Source of the DNA: an uncultured Lentisphaerales bacterium
Lineage (GTDB): Bacteria; Verrucomicrobiota; Kiritimatiellia; RFP12; CAYQJG01
Direction: 5' to 3'
Length of the DNA stretch: 64,000 bases
NCBI GenBank assembly: GCA_964417715.1
Contig: CAYQJG010000008.1
Coordinates: 18,115-82,114, forward strand
Below the pieces are notes generated by a model, which ran no database searches, had not been told where the DNA came from, and saw only the letters and a program-made list of their open reading frames with translations. Positions 10,503 through 20,562 of the stretch are shown here, one piece after another. A program made the translations under genes and the position numbers. Positions within the stretch are counted from its first letter, which is position 1. Every line of letters starts with the position of its first letter.

Positions 10503-11930
10503 CTACAGCCTGACCACCTGCCCCGCAAGCATCTGCCCGGCATCGACGATCGTGACCCGCGGATCGGGCGAGGCTGTGCCCGCACCGGCAGGCACGACCC
10601 AGAAGGCCCGCAGCGTCACGCCGTGCGCCGCCAGTTCATCCAGCAGCGCCGCCCGGCGCGGGTCCCAGCCCAGCAACACAACCACGGCGCCGCTGATCTC
10701 GGCCACCTCCTGCATCACGACCGGCGTCAGCGCGTCGAGCGGCTCGCCGCGCCCGAACACATCGACGGCGGCCAGCAGGTCGAGCAGGTCGGGCAACTGG
10801 CCCAGGCTGCGGCCGGCCGGGAACCGGTAGATCTCGGGGCCGGCCGCAAAGAGTTCGACCACGGCTTCGCCGCGCACGACATGCGCCGCCACGGCCGCGG
10901 TCAGTGCGACCGCGCCCTCGAACTGGACGTCGGTGCGACGGTTGGACCAGCGAAACGGACGCCGCCGCAGGCGCGTGTCGAGGATCAGGGCCGTGCGGCA
11001 GAGATACTCGTCGCGAAACTCCTTCACGACCGGTGCGCCGATGCGGGCCCACGAGCGCACGTGCAGATGGCGTGGGTTGTCGCCGAAGCGATACTCGCGA
11101 CAGCCGATGAACTCCATCGACGCGCCCAACTGCGAGACCTCGCGCGCGCCGCCGGCCTGGACGCGCGAGCCGAACTGCACGTCGAGTTGCTGCAGCGCCG
11201 GGAACGCGGGCTGCACCACGATCTGCCGGTCGCCTGTGCCCGCGCGACCTGACAGACAGAGGCCCAGCGGATGCGCCGACGACGCGCGCACGGCGGGCAG
11301 CGTGTACCGGCCGCGGCGACGCGTGCGCAGCGCCACATTCAGGACGACGCGCTCGCCCGGCGCCACGGCGGCGACCGATGGCGGCCCGCCCTGTTGCCAG
11401 CGCAGGTCCGGGTGCAGAAAGGGCGAATCGAGCACCACATCCCAGGCCGTGGAGCGCCCCTGGTTGACCAGTTCGTAACGCAACGTGACGCCGCCATCAG
11501 CCACACCGCGGCCGGTCACACTGCGCCGCAGCGCCAGTCGCGGCCGCAGCACCAGGCCGACGGACCAGGCGACAGCGATGGAGCAGAACAGCGCAAAGAC
11601 CCCAAAGCGTGCGGAACTGGTTGGTCCCAGGATCATCACATAGGGCTGCTGCACACACGCCGCCGCGAGCAGCACGCCACCGGGCAGCGTAATGTGCGTG
11701 GCGGCCCACCAGACACCCCACCACACGATGCGCAGGCGACGGCGCGGCTTCGCCCCGCGCCAGCCGAACCCATATGTCCCTTGTTCCAGCATCCGCCGTT
11801 CGCAAGCCCCGTCACGCGGCACACGTTCAGACAGTGCCATCTGGTCTCGCGGTGGCAAACTCCCTGATGCGAGTGCACGCCACGAGGCGACCCATCGTTC
11901 CAAGGGTGAAGACCTTGCCACGTGTCGCAA
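10503..11930 (-). CDS. DUF58 domain protein (MoxR-associated vWA-like); start uncertain
   Basis: DUF58 signature EFIGCREYRFGDNPRHLHVRSWARIG; N-terminal TM helices; alternative start at ~11792. Confidence 0.75.
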   Translation of the reverse strand: MRHVARSSPLERWVASWRALASGSLPPRDQMALSERVPRDGACERRMLEQGTYGFGWRGAKPRRRLRIVWWGVWWAATHITLPGGVLLAAACVQQPYVMILGPTSSARFGVFALFCSIAVAWSVGLVLRPRLALRRSVTGRGVADGGVTLRYELVNQGRSTAWDVVLDSPFLHPDLRWQQGGPPSVAAVAPGERVVLNVALRTRRRGRYTLPAVRASSAHPLGLCLSGRAGTGDRQIVVQPAFPALQQLDVQFGSRVQAGGAREVSQLGASMEFIGCREYRFGDNPRHLHVRSWARIGAPVVKEFRDEYLCRTALILDTRLRRRPFRWSNRRTDVQFEGAVALTAAVAAHVVRGEAVVELFAAGPEIYRFPAGRSLGQLPDLLDLLAAVDVFGRGEPLDALTPVVMQEVAEISGAVVVLLGWDPRRAALLDELAAHGVTLRAFWVVPAGAGTASPDPRVTIVDAGQMLAGQVVRL

Positions 11931-12912
11931 GGAGCATCTTCTTCATGTCCTCGCGCCGAACGCCAAACCCGCGTCCCGCGATACACGCCACAACCTCAAA
12001 CTTCTGCGCGCCACCGGCCATCCCGGCAACACTCAATTCGCACAGATGCTGGATGCGGGTCACTTTGTCGCGTGCTGTGCCGTCATCCTCTGTCAGTTTC
12101 GCCTCGATGATCACACGAGGACTGAATTCACTGGGTATTATGAAGTCCGGAGCTTGATCAAAACCGTCGATACGTTCAGCACGTTTGGTCTTGCGAAAAC
12201 TGACGCCGGCTTTGGTCAGTTGATCCTCCACGGCCGACTCGACGACATCGCCGACAATCTCACTGACGGAGTCTCGGTGTCCGGCAAACGGGCGGCCGAG
12301 GAAGCGTTCATAGAGGAGCATCGCGTATGGCACGCCCATGCTCGAAAGCCGTCTGATAGCCGTTGGCCCAGTTGCCGTGTCTGCCTTGTCCAGTCTGTGT
12401 ATTCTGTCCTCGTCGACTCTCGGCGCTCCTTCGTTGAGCATGGCACATGCACTCTCGACCAAGGCCCGTATGCGGCCAAGCGCAGCACCTTTCAGCAAGA
12501 GTGCTGTCTCGGGCGACATGCGAGCCTTCCGATCCAATGCACGGGCGTCCCCCTGATCGATCTGGACCCCCGTGCGTTGCTTGGTCACATAGGCCCACTC
12601 CGGCGGCGAGAACCCCAGTATCGAGCGGAGGACCACAACCGAGATGGGCAGCGTCGATACGACGGGCCACACCCGGTCGGCTTCGATGTGCGCGAACCCC
12701 TCCGTCGCCAGTTTCAAAGCCTCGTAACCGCGCTCAAACGTCGAGTAGTCGATGAACCCAGGGCCGCGAGGAAGAACGAGGAACGCAGACCCGAGACTCT
12801 CAAACACAGCGTCCACATAGGCGTCTGGATCAGCTTGGATGTCCTCGAATGTCGCCTCAAAAGGCGACGTAGTCGGTTTCGTCGGCATAGACGCTGATCT
12901 CCTCTCTGACAC
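11827..12912 (-). CDS. Putative type II restriction endonuclease (PD-(D/E)xK nuclease)
   Basis: PD-x12-EAK motif (APDFIIPSEFSPRVIIEAKL); overlaps 3' end of the upstream methyltransferase; region is lower GC than flanks; start uncertain (12912/12888). Confidence 0.6.
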   Translation of the reverse strand: MSERRSASMPTKPTTSPFEATFEDIQADPDAYVDAVFESLGSAFLVLPRGPGFIDYSTFERGYEALKLATEGFAHIEADRVWPVVSTLPISVVVLRSILGFSPPEWAYVTKQRTGVQIDQGDARALDRKARMSPETALLLKGAALGRIRALVESACAMLNEGAPRVDEDRIHRLDKADTATGPTAIRRLSSMGVPYAMLLYERFLGRPFAGHRDSVSEIVGDVVESAVEDQLTKAGVSFRKTKRAERIDGFDQAPDFIIPSEFSPRVIIEAKLTEDDGTARDKVTRIQHLCELSVAGMAGGAQKFEVVACIAGRGFGVRREDMKKMLLATRGKVFTLGTMGRLVACTRIREFATARPDGTV

Positions 12913-15124
12913 AAGGCTGAAACTGTGGATACTTGGCGAACTCGCTTCTCAACGCATCCAGTGCGGCAGTGACGCCGCCCAGTTCCCGGTCAATCCAGCA
13001 GGATACAGCCGCCAAACGCACTCCGACAGGGTCAACGGGCTTCCAGGACGTCCGCAAGTGCCAGACTGCAAGCCGAACGATGTGCCCATAGCTGACGCAC
13101 CTGATGTCGCCAGCAGTGGGCTTCACACCGCCCCGCACCAACTTGCCGAGATCGTCACGGACCATCTGGGCGATTTCACCAGGCAAACGCGAGATCGACT
13201 TGCGCGGAACGGTTCCGGTCGAACGGCAAACAAACACACTGTCGATGATCGATGAGGCCGTGCCGCTGATGTGGATCGACGCACCCATCTCCGCCGGGCA
13301 CGGAATGGCGGCCGAACACGTCAGCCCCGCATCGAGTATGGCAACGGCCAAGGGGAAATAGGCCGCAATATCGTTGTGATGGTAGGTGAACGCAAGTGGA
13401 TGCCCCGGCTTCAACGCAACGGCCATGCGGCGGAACACGGCCGATATCCCCTCCGTGAAGTGATCGATGCCGCGCCCCATGTTGGCATTACCAGTCAACT
13501 CGCCCGCATTTCTGGTCGAAGGCAGGCTGAAGTCGGCGACGTCACCTGACCCAATCACCAGTCTTCGCAACCAGACATAGCAGAAGTCCATCAACTCTGC
13601 ATACTGCACGTTACCGAAGTAGGGCGGGTCAGTGAACACGGCGTCCAGACTTGCAGCAGGTATCTCCTCTCGGGCAGCGTCCGCACAGGCAATCCTAACT
13701 GCCCTTCGAGATGTCTGTTGTCGACCATTGGGCTCGTCGCCAATCCACTCGAGGGGAATATCGACGCGATCCTTGCGCAACCCGTTGTGCCGGAACTCGA
13801 ATGGTTGATCGCAATAGGCTTTCGCTTTGGCGAATTTCTCGGTGATATTGAACCATCCGCCACTCCCAACACTCCCGTCTCCCCCAACTTTGGGTATCCC
13901 AAGAAGATTGGACTCGCACTGGATGAGACCTACAGGGAACCCATGCACGGAGAAGATGTCCAGTGACTTGAGCGCCATCGTATCATAGCGACAAAGCATG
14001 TTCTGGTATCGCAGCAGGTCGGAAAGATTGGTTGCAAGTGCATTGCGGACCCGCATATCTCCAATCTCGCGAATCAAACGGCAACTCGTCTCCAAGCCGA
14101 GGAGTTGGCGGGCGTTGAACATCTCGCTGTACCGACGGTACCCCCATCGATGCAGACGATCCGTCTCATCGCCAGACGGAATCTCGACATCCGGCGCGAA
14201 TGTCGCGCGTGTGCGCGCCCATGTCGTCTCAGCTTCCGCCACGTTGCGCCGGTCAGTCTCATCGGGGACCTTGAAGAACCGACCCCTATGCGAAGAACAG
14301 CAGTCCGGACAGTGATACTCCATCGCGAAGAGGACGTGCCGCGGTGGTCCCTTGGTTGCGTCTGGAAAGCGCACGCGTGATCCACATGACGGACACGGGC
14401 AACTGCCTCGACAGGCGGGACCATCCACGTGCAACGGAACGCCGCAACTTGCACAAGCGCCGGGCGCTTTCCGGTCCGATGTCTCTGTGAGTTGATTGCA
14501 GTTGGGACAGAAGACAACGTTCTTGGGGTGCCTGCGGTCCTCGGACACCAAATAGCCGGGAAACAGTCGCACGGTCGTGCCGCATGCGCCGCAAGACGCG
14601 GTCTTCACCCAGAGAAAGTACTTAACATGCGCATCGGCGCTTCCACACCGCAGACACTTGGTGCGGTACAGGTGACCGATCAGGTTCTCAAGGTCAATCC
14701 TCAGACGGGTTGTGGCATGGTGATATGCACGCAAGTCAAGGTGCTCGATCTCCTGACGCACGATCCAGTATGCCATAGGGTTGATGTCGAAACCAATCAC
14801 GTCGCAACCGACGCGATTCGCCTCCATCAACGGCGTCCCACCGCCCATAAAGGGGTCGGCGATGCGTCTACCAGGCAGGTCATTGCTCGCATAGAACGCT
14901 TCGCGTAAGGGTCTGTCAACAAACTCGGACAGCACGAGGCTGCGAAACAGCGTTCCCGGCCTCCTCGCAAACCACTTGTGAACAGCGATGAGCGGACGGT
15001 AGTTCTGCTGGATCTGCTTCTCTCGCAAAGCCATGTCAGCAACGAAGGGAACGTCAAATAACTTTTCAATCATGAACGACGGCGCCCTTCCAACACACCA
15101 AACCCCGATCCCGTTGGGCTCCAC
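12857..15124 (-). CDS. DUF1156-family N6-adenine DNA methyltransferase with multiple zinc-ribbon insertions
   Basis: SAM motif ADPFMGGGTPLMEA, catalytic DPPY (VFTDPPYFGNVQYAELMDF), several CxxC...CxxC clusters; probable true start MIEKLF at 15073. Confidence 0.8.
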   Translation of the reverse strand: MEPNGIGVWCVGRAPSFMIEKLFDVPFVADMALREKQIQQNYRPLIAVHKWFARRPGTLFRSLVLSEFVDRPLREAFYASNDLPGRRIADPFMGGGTPLMEANRVGCDVIGFDINPMAYWIVRQEIEHLDLRAYHHATTRLRIDLENLIGHLYRTKCLRCGSADAHVKYFLWVKTASCGACGTTVRLFPGYLVSEDRRHPKNVVFCPNCNQLTETSDRKAPGACASCGVPLHVDGPACRGSCPCPSCGSRVRFPDATKGPPRHVLFAMEYHCPDCCSSHRGRFFKVPDETDRRNVAEAETTWARTRATFAPDVEIPSGDETDRLHRWGYRRYSEMFNARQLLGLETSCRLIREIGDMRVRNALATNLSDLLRYQNMLCRYDTMALKSLDIFSVHGFPVGLIQCESNLLGIPKVGGDGSVGSGGWFNITEKFAKAKAYCDQPFEFRHNGLRKDRVDIPLEWIGDEPNGRQQTSRRAVRIACADAAREEIPAASLDAVFTDPPYFGNVQYAELMDFCYVWLRRLVIGSGDVADFSLPSTRNAGELTGNANMGRGIDHFTEGISAVFRRMAVALKPGHPLAFTYHHNDIAAYFPLAVAILDAGLTCSAAIPCPAEMGASIHISGTASSIIDSVFVCRSTGTVPRKSISRLPGEIAQMVRDDLGKLVRGGVKPTAGDIRCVSYGHIVRLAVWHLRTSWKPVDPVGVRLAAVSCWIDRELGGVTAALDALRSEFAKYPQFQPCVREEISVYADETDYVAF

Positions 15125-15173
15125 TCACCGCGAGCCCCGATCAGCGGCAGACATTGACGCCAGAACCTTAACG

Positions 15174-16442
15174 TCAAACCTGCCGTGACTCAAGGCACAT
15201 CTGCTCCTGCTCAAGCCAGCCGCTTGCCAGAGTGTACTCGAGTGTCGTCCGAAAACGGAAATCGGGATGCGCCGCAAGATAGGACTCTGCACGCGCGCGC
15301 TGAGCGGCCGTCAGCGGGATCAGCCGGTCCCTGTAGCTGTCAAGTGTCGCGGTGTCCTGCCGGTGGAGTTCGAGCGGGATGGCGCGCGACACCCACTCGG
15401 CAATCCGCAATCCATCCAGGTCGGTATCGCCCCAGTGCCACGCCTGCAGACCGCTCAACAGCGACAGCACGCGCATGACGGCCGCCCCGGGATAGCCGGC
15501 TGTGTAGATGCACAACGCATCCGAGCGCGTCTCGACCAGGTGATGGAATGGCGCGGCGTTCTCCGACGTGATCACGCCATCGACCGGCGACGCGAACCGG
15601 ATCGCCCGTATGCGGCAGACCTGTTCCCACGTCAGCGCGGCCGCCTGCCCCGCCGCATGCAACTGCGCCGGCCAGTCCCATGTGCGGCCGGCTGCATCCT
15701 CGTAGATCATCGGACCGTAGAGCAACACCGTCGTCGTGTACGGGTTCTCAACCACGCCATAGCGCGCCAGTACCGATTCCGGCGCATCATCGACCGCATC
15801 GGCCAGCCGCGCCAGCGCCCGGGTCAGCAGCGCCCGCAACGCGCCCGTCCGCAGGGCCTTGCTGTCATTGAGCGCCTGCGCACCAAGCTGCGAGAGCGTG
15901 ATGGCGCTTCGGTTGGCCTGCAGGAAGGCAACGGCTCGCAGCAGACCATTCAGCGTCGTCTCGGGCGATGGCTCGTCGCGAAACAGTGACGCGAGTTCGC
16001 CTTCGCCTGCCAGGGCGCCGAGCACCGGTGCAAGTGCGGGAAACAGCAGCCCCTGTCGCATCACGGCCGTATTGAGCGGGCCGCGGAGGTCCGGTGCGGG
16101 AGCGGGAGCGGCGACGCCCACGCACGCCGCCAGCGCCGCCAGTGATTCAGGCGTGCGCAGCCGTTCAGGCAACCTGACCACGATGCGCCCGTCGCGGATC
16201 GCGCAGCCGACGAAAACGAACTCCAGCTTGCGGTGCACACGCGGTTCGGCCGGCACGGCACCCAGCGTCGCCGTCCGCGGCATCACTCCGGCGCGCACGG
16301 CCTTCCGCGCGAGCGCCGTCAGATACGGCCGAATGCCCGGCTCGCTCGAGAGATGGTCTTGCCAGAACACGGGTGCCCCTCCTCGGCGCTGGCTACTACG
16401 CGAACGGGTCCAGTACCCGCACGCCGGCCTTCTCGAAATCAC
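15174..16442 (-). CDS. jetD: Wadjet JetD (DUF3322 N-terminal + DUF2220/Toprim C-terminal)
   Basis: Toprim-like motifs VITSENAAPFHHLV and WHWGDTDLDGLRIAEWV; GTG start 3 nt after jetC stop; alternative ATG at 16283. Confidence 0.8.
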   Translation of the reverse strand: MISRRPACGYWTRSRSSQRRGGAPVFWQDHLSSEPGIRPYLTALARKAVRAGVMPRTATLGAVPAEPRVHRKLEFVFVGCAIRDGRIVVRLPERLRTPESLAALAACVGVAAPAPAPDLRGPLNTAVMRQGLLFPALAPVLGALAGEGELASLFRDEPSPETTLNGLLRAVAFLQANRSAITLSQLGAQALNDSKALRTGALRALLTRALARLADAVDDAPESVLARYGVVENPYTTTVLLYGPMIYEDAAGRTWDWPAQLHAAGQAAALTWEQVCRIRAIRFASPVDGVITSENAAPFHHLVETRSDALCIYTAGYPGAAVMRVLSLLSGLQAWHWGDTDLDGLRIAEWVSRAIPLELHRQDTATLDSYRDRLIPLTAAQRARAESYLAAHPDFRFRTTLEYTLASGWLEQEQMCLESRQV

Positions 16443-16447
16443 GTGTG

Positions 16448-19400
16448 TTACCGCCCCAGCTCGTCGCCAAACGCCATCTTCGGCGCCTGGGTTGTGCCGG
16501 GCTCCAGGTAGTTCTGTTCACGCGGCAGATTGGTCCAATGGAAGTCGTGCAGGTGAACGTTGTAACCGGCGTCCTTCACGACCAGAACGGAGGTCGAATA
16601 CGGGATCTCGCGTTTGACCCCATCCTGGTCCGGCGAGGCGACGAACAGCTGCAACCCCAGATCGCTCGCGAAGGACAGCAGTTGGTCGCGACGGCTGGCA
16701 TCAATGCCGTAGAACGCCTCATCGAAGAGCAGCACCGGCAGGCGGACCTTGTCGTCGTTGTACAGGAAGTGGGCGATCGTGAGGATCAGCAGGTAGTTCG
16801 GCACGGCCTGCTCGCCGCCCGAGCCGACACTCTTGACGCGCCGGTCCATGACGATGCCGTCCTCCTTGTCGGTCATGACCTTGAGTTCGTAGCGGAACCA
16901 GTTGCGGTAGTCGAGAATCGCCGGGATCTCGCCGACCTCGGTACTCATGATCTCGTCGGCGTGATCCTCGATGAAGTGTCGAAGGTCCGCCTCAGCCTGC
17001 TGGGGGTCCAAGGCACTGTAGTCGAGCACGAGATCGTGAATCTTGCGGTATTGCTCGTGCGGCACAGCCGAGAACGCATAGCGGTTGCTGCCGAACGAGC
17101 GGTCCTTGAGCAGACGCGTGATCTTGCGGAGCATGTCACCGAGGCGACGCACACGGAACTGCAGCGCTTCGACCAGGCCGTGCATGACGATCTGGCGGAA
17201 CAGAGCCACCGTCTTCTCGCTGATCAGTGCTTCCTGCTCCTGCAACTCCTGCGCGACGCCGGCAAGCACATCCGCCAGACTGCGGCCGCGACGGTCGGTC
17301 AGCGCATTCGCCGGCTCGTCATACACGAACGCAAAGGCCACGCCATCGGCGCCGGCCGCCAGGCCGCGGATCTTCTCGGCGCCCACAGCCGCATCGGTCT
17401 GCGCCACGTTCGCGGCGGCTTGCAGCGCGACCGGGGTCGACTCGATGGCGGCGCACTGCTGCGCGGCGAACGCGGCGATGGCATCGCCGACCGCCGCCAG
17501 CAGACGCAGTTGCTTCTCGGCCTCGGTCAGCAAACCGGATGTGCCGCGGATGTGCTCCTGATTCGTGGCGCAGATGCCGCGCTGGTTCTCGATGTCGAGC
17601 GCCACGCGGCCCGTCTCGCGTGTGAGTGCGTCCCGGTCTTCCTGCTGTTTCTTCAGCTTGCGCCGCACTTCGAGGATGCGCTGCTCCAGCCCGGCCAAGC
17701 CTTCGCTCTGCATCCGGATGCGCAGATCCTCGTGGCGGGCGCTGTGCCGCTGGAACTCCTCTTCCTTCCATGCGCACTCCTCGCGCGCATTCTCGCAGTC
17801 GCTGCGCACAGCCGCACACCGCTGCAGCTGCTCCTGTATCGCGTCCTTGCGTGCCAGGCACTCGCCCATGGCCGAATCGAGCAGGTTGCGGAAGGTCTCG
17901 ATGCGCCCGAATTCCTCCTGCCGGACGCGCACCTCCTTCTCGGTCTCGCGCAGCTCGCGGTCGGCGTCTTTCTGCTCTTTCTCCAGAGCGCGGATCTCGC
18001 GTTCCAGTTCGCGCCGCCGCACGTCGGCACCCAACAGCCGTGCCGGCTGCTCGCGCAGGCGCTGTTCGCGCAGGCGGAAGGTCAGGACGGCGTGGTCGAG
18101 AAACTTGGAGACGGCCGGTCCTTCCCTGGACTCAAGCTGCTGCTGCAGGACAACCAGCGCCGCGGGATCCGACTTGGCCACATCAAAGTAGCGCCGCATC
18201 CAATCCGGCAGGCGCAGGTCATCCTGCAAGCGCTCCGGCGCAACGGCCAGCGTCTGCGACGGAAAGTCGCGGAAGACCAACCCACGCAGATGGGCCGCGT
18301 CGTCGCCGGCCACCAGCCAGGTTGCCAGAACCGCATCGCCAATCACCTGCTCCAGCGCAGCCAGCTCCCGAGGCGTGATGCCGGCTACCGGTTCGAGTCC
18401 CAGGTAGAGCGGTCGCGCCTTGAGCGCCTGCTGGGTGATCGCAGCCTGCGCCGGCACGAAGTCCGGCACATCGGGCACGGTTTCGCCGCGCGCCTTGCGC
18501 TCGGCGACCATGGCAGCAAGTTTGTCCCGCTGCCGGCGCAACGCATGCATGCGATTGTCGGCGGCCTGGACCTGGCGGTCCAGCACGCGCAGTGCGAGAT
18601 CGGCTTCGGTGCGCACGACCCCGACGGGGATGGCGCCGGCGCGCGTTTCGGGCGCGTCGTCCGCGGCGGCCTCGTCGAGTGCCAGACGCAGCGACGACGT
18701 CTGGAACGGCAGCTCCGCATGCAGCCGTTCCAGCTGCCGACCGAACGCCTGCAGGTGTTTGCGCAGGTCCACGCGCGCGGTATCGCGCGCCGCGTTGACA
18801 CGCTCCAGATCGGCCATCACCTCCTTGAGGCGCGCCTGCGCCTTGCCCAGTCCAAGCCTGGACTGCTCGCAGGCGCGGCGCGCATCCTGTTCCTGGCCCA
18901 GCAGATTGCCCGCGTCCTTGTTCACCAGCTCGGCCAGCCGCTGTTGCATGCCCTCAAGCTGGAGTTCCAGGCGTTTGCGATCCTCCTCGAGTCCGCCCAG
19001 CCGGCGCTGTTCGGCTCCGATCTTCGCCGCGGCGCGGTCATGCGCCGCCCAGTAGCCCTTCAGCGCCAGGTCCCATGCCAGCCAGCGGCAGGCCGCCTCG
19101 GTGACGCGGCGCTCGCGCACGGCGCCCTGCCGGGCGGTCATCTCAACGAGAAAGAGCTGCTTGCGCCGCATGGCGTCCAGGTCGGCCCGGCTGGCCTCGA
19201 GCGACTTGAGGTGCGCGACCACATTCTCGAACAACTCGCGTTCGGGTTCCTGCAGCAGTTGCCGGAACAGCAGGTGGTAATCGGCTGTGCTGGCGACGAT
19301 CTCGCGATAGGCCTTGCCCGTCTTCAGAAACTTGCAGACGTCCTCGTAGGTCTCCTCGTCGCCGAAGAAACGCCGGGCGATTTCCTTTTCATAGGCACCG

Positions 19401-19909
19401 ATCTGCGCGTAGAAACCGGAGCCGCCCAGTGCGTCACGCAGTTCGTTCTTGGTCCGCGGCCGCACGCCGCCGGCCTCCTCGATCAGCAGGGGCATCTCCT
19501 CCAGGGGGCACTCGCGGATGACGCCCCAGCGTTCGATGGCCTCTTCCATGCTGCGCGTGGTCATGCCGATGGCGACAGTGGTGGGGCGTCCGCCGCGACC
19601 GGCGATCTCCAGCGCGGCATAGGTGGTGCCGCCGTTCGGGTTGCGCGCACCCGTCTCGATGTTGTAGCGCATCACCACGCCCTGCACACTGCGCCCGCCG
19701 GACTTCTCTCTGCCGATCACACGGGCGGCCGAGTTGAACTCCATCGAGCGCCCGGCCGTGAGCACATAGTGCACGGCATCCAGCACGGTGGTCTTGCCGG
19801 AGCCGTTGTCGCCGAGCATGAACAGATGCCCGCCATTCGGAACCACGATCGTCTCGTTGACGAAATTGTGGAAGTTGATCAGGCGGATTTTCGAGATCGT
19901 ATACTTCAT
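16448..19909 (-). CDS. jetC: Wadjet JetC, SMC-like ATPase
   Basis: Walker A GDNGSGKTT near N-terminus, ~1150 aa with long coiled-coil (E/R/Q/L-rich) middle, C-terminal ABC signature/Walker B region; start MKYTISKIRL at 19909 overlapping jetB stop (ATGA). Confidence 0.85.
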   Translation of the reverse strand: MKYTISKIRLINFHNFVNETIVVPNGGHLFMLGDNGSGKTTVLDAVHYVLTAGRSMEFNSAARVIGREKSGGRSVQGVVMRYNIETGARNPNGGTTYAALEIAGRGGRPTTVAIGMTTRSMEEAIERWGVIRECPLEEMPLLIEEAGGVRPRTKNELRDALGGSGFYAQIGAYEKEIARRFFGDEETYEDVCKFLKTGKAYREIVASTADYHLLFRQLLQEPERELFENVVAHLKSLEASRADLDAMRRKQLFLVEMTARQGAVRERRVTEAACRWLAWDLALKGYWAAHDRAAAKIGAEQRRLGGLEEDRKRLELQLEGMQQRLAELVNKDAGNLLGQEQDARRACEQSRLGLGKAQARLKEVMADLERVNAARDTARVDLRKHLQAFGRQLERLHAELPFQTSSLRLALDEAAADDAPETRAGAIPVGVVRTEADLALRVLDRQVQAADNRMHALRRQRDKLAAMVAERKARGETVPDVPDFVPAQAAITQQALKARPLYLGLEPVAGITPRELAALEQVIGDAVLATWLVAGDDAAHLRGLVFRDFPSQTLAVAPERLQDDLRLPDWMRRYFDVAKSDPAALVVLQQQLESREGPAVSKFLDHAVLTFRLREQRLREQPARLLGADVRRRELEREIRALEKEQKDADRELRETEKEVRVRQEEFGRIETFRNLLDSAMGECLARKDAIQEQLQRCAAVRSDCENAREECAWKEEEFQRHSARHEDLRIRMQSEGLAGLEQRILEVRRKLKKQQEDRDALTRETGRVALDIENQRGICATNQEHIRGTSGLLTEAEKQLRLLAAVGDAIAAFAAQQCAAIESTPVALQAAANVAQTDAAVGAEKIRGLAAGADGVAFAFVYDEPANALTDRRGRSLADVLAGVAQELQEQEALISEKTVALFRQIVMHGLVEALQFRVRRLGDMLRKITRLLKDRSFGSNRYAFSAVPHEQYRKIHDLVLDYSALDPQQAEADLRHFIEDHADEIMSTEVGEIPAILDYRNWFRYELKVMTDKEDGIVMDRRVKSVGSGGEQAVPNYLLILTIAHFLYNDDKVRLPVLLFDEAFYGIDASRRDQLLSFASDLGLQLFVASPDQDGVKREIPYSTSVLVVKDAGYNVHLHDFHWTNLPREQNYLEPGTTQAPKMAFGDELGR

Positions 19910-20562
19910 GGCTGTGTCGCGGACGGTTCGACCGGTGTGGGGGCGCCCTCGGCAATGGGCCGGCTCAGGCGATGGACGTTGTAGTGCCACAGGGCCGGCA
20001 GGGCCTCGAAGATGGTGTCGTCATCCGACACCGGTTCATCCGCAGGCGGATCAATGCGCTCCAGGAAGCGGTACTTCTCCAACTGCGGCATGATCGGACG
20101 CAGGACCTTGGCGCGCACGGCCTCCTCGCTGTAGGCGTCGGCCTGCTCGGGATACACCTCGCGAAAGCGGCCGGCGGCATACTGCAGAAGATCGCCGAAG
20201 CGGAAGCGCAGATTCTCAGCATCCTCCACGCTGGCGGACTCCTCCTCGAGACGATGCTCGAAGAACTCCAGCAGCAGCATGAACCCGATGCACTCGTCGC
20301 GCCTGGTGAAATTGAACATGTCGCGTTTGGCGGGCGTGACGCGCGGGTTGAACCAGTCGGGCTTGTAGAGCCGCGCACACTTGGCGTCAAGCACCAGCTC
20401 CCAGTTGAAGTGCGCCTTGAAGAAGGCGGCGAACTCCTTCTGGTGCCGCCGCAGAAAGAAGAAGTGCTCCTCGTGGTCCGACTTGTAGAAGTACGGACTC
20501 TCGATGAGGATGTTGAGCACGGCCTGCACGCGGGCCGGCTGGTTTTGCAGCAGTGCGTTCAT
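19906..20562 (-). CDS. jetB: Wadjet JetB (DUF4194)
   Basis: ~218 aa acidic protein between jetA and jetC, 4-nt overlaps on both sides; sequence consistent with DUF4194. Confidence 0.75.
   Translation of the reverse strand: MNALLQNQPARVQAVLNILIESPYFYKSDHEEHFFFLRRHQKEFAAFFKAHFNWELVLDAKCARLYKPDWFNPRVTPAKRDMFNFTRRDECIGFMLLLEFFEHRLEEESASVEDAENLRFRFGDLLQYAAGRFREVYPEQADAYSEEAVRAKVLRPIMPQLEKYRFLERIDPPADEPVSDDDTIFEALPALWHYNVHRLSRPIAEGAPTPVEPSATQP

Noticed and set aside
11827-12912. Possibility that the 361-aa protein is a DUF3780/DUF499-type partner of the DUF1156 methylase rather than a nuclease
   Set aside because: Size (361 aa) and clear PD-x12-EAK motif fit a small PD-(D/E)xK endonuclease better. 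No ~1000-aa DUF499 ATPase is present. Needs an HMM check.
16373-19984. 1203-aa plus-strand ORF antisense to jetC, plus many other long antisense ORFs (e.g. 3743-5503, 45607-48141, 57567-59801, 20697-22076, 22377-23700, 36876-38204, 40185-42233)
   Set aside because: Arg/Ala/Gly/His-rich low-complexity translations typical of stop-codon-poor antisense frames in ~68% GC DNA. The opposite strand encodes proteins with clear conserved motifs.
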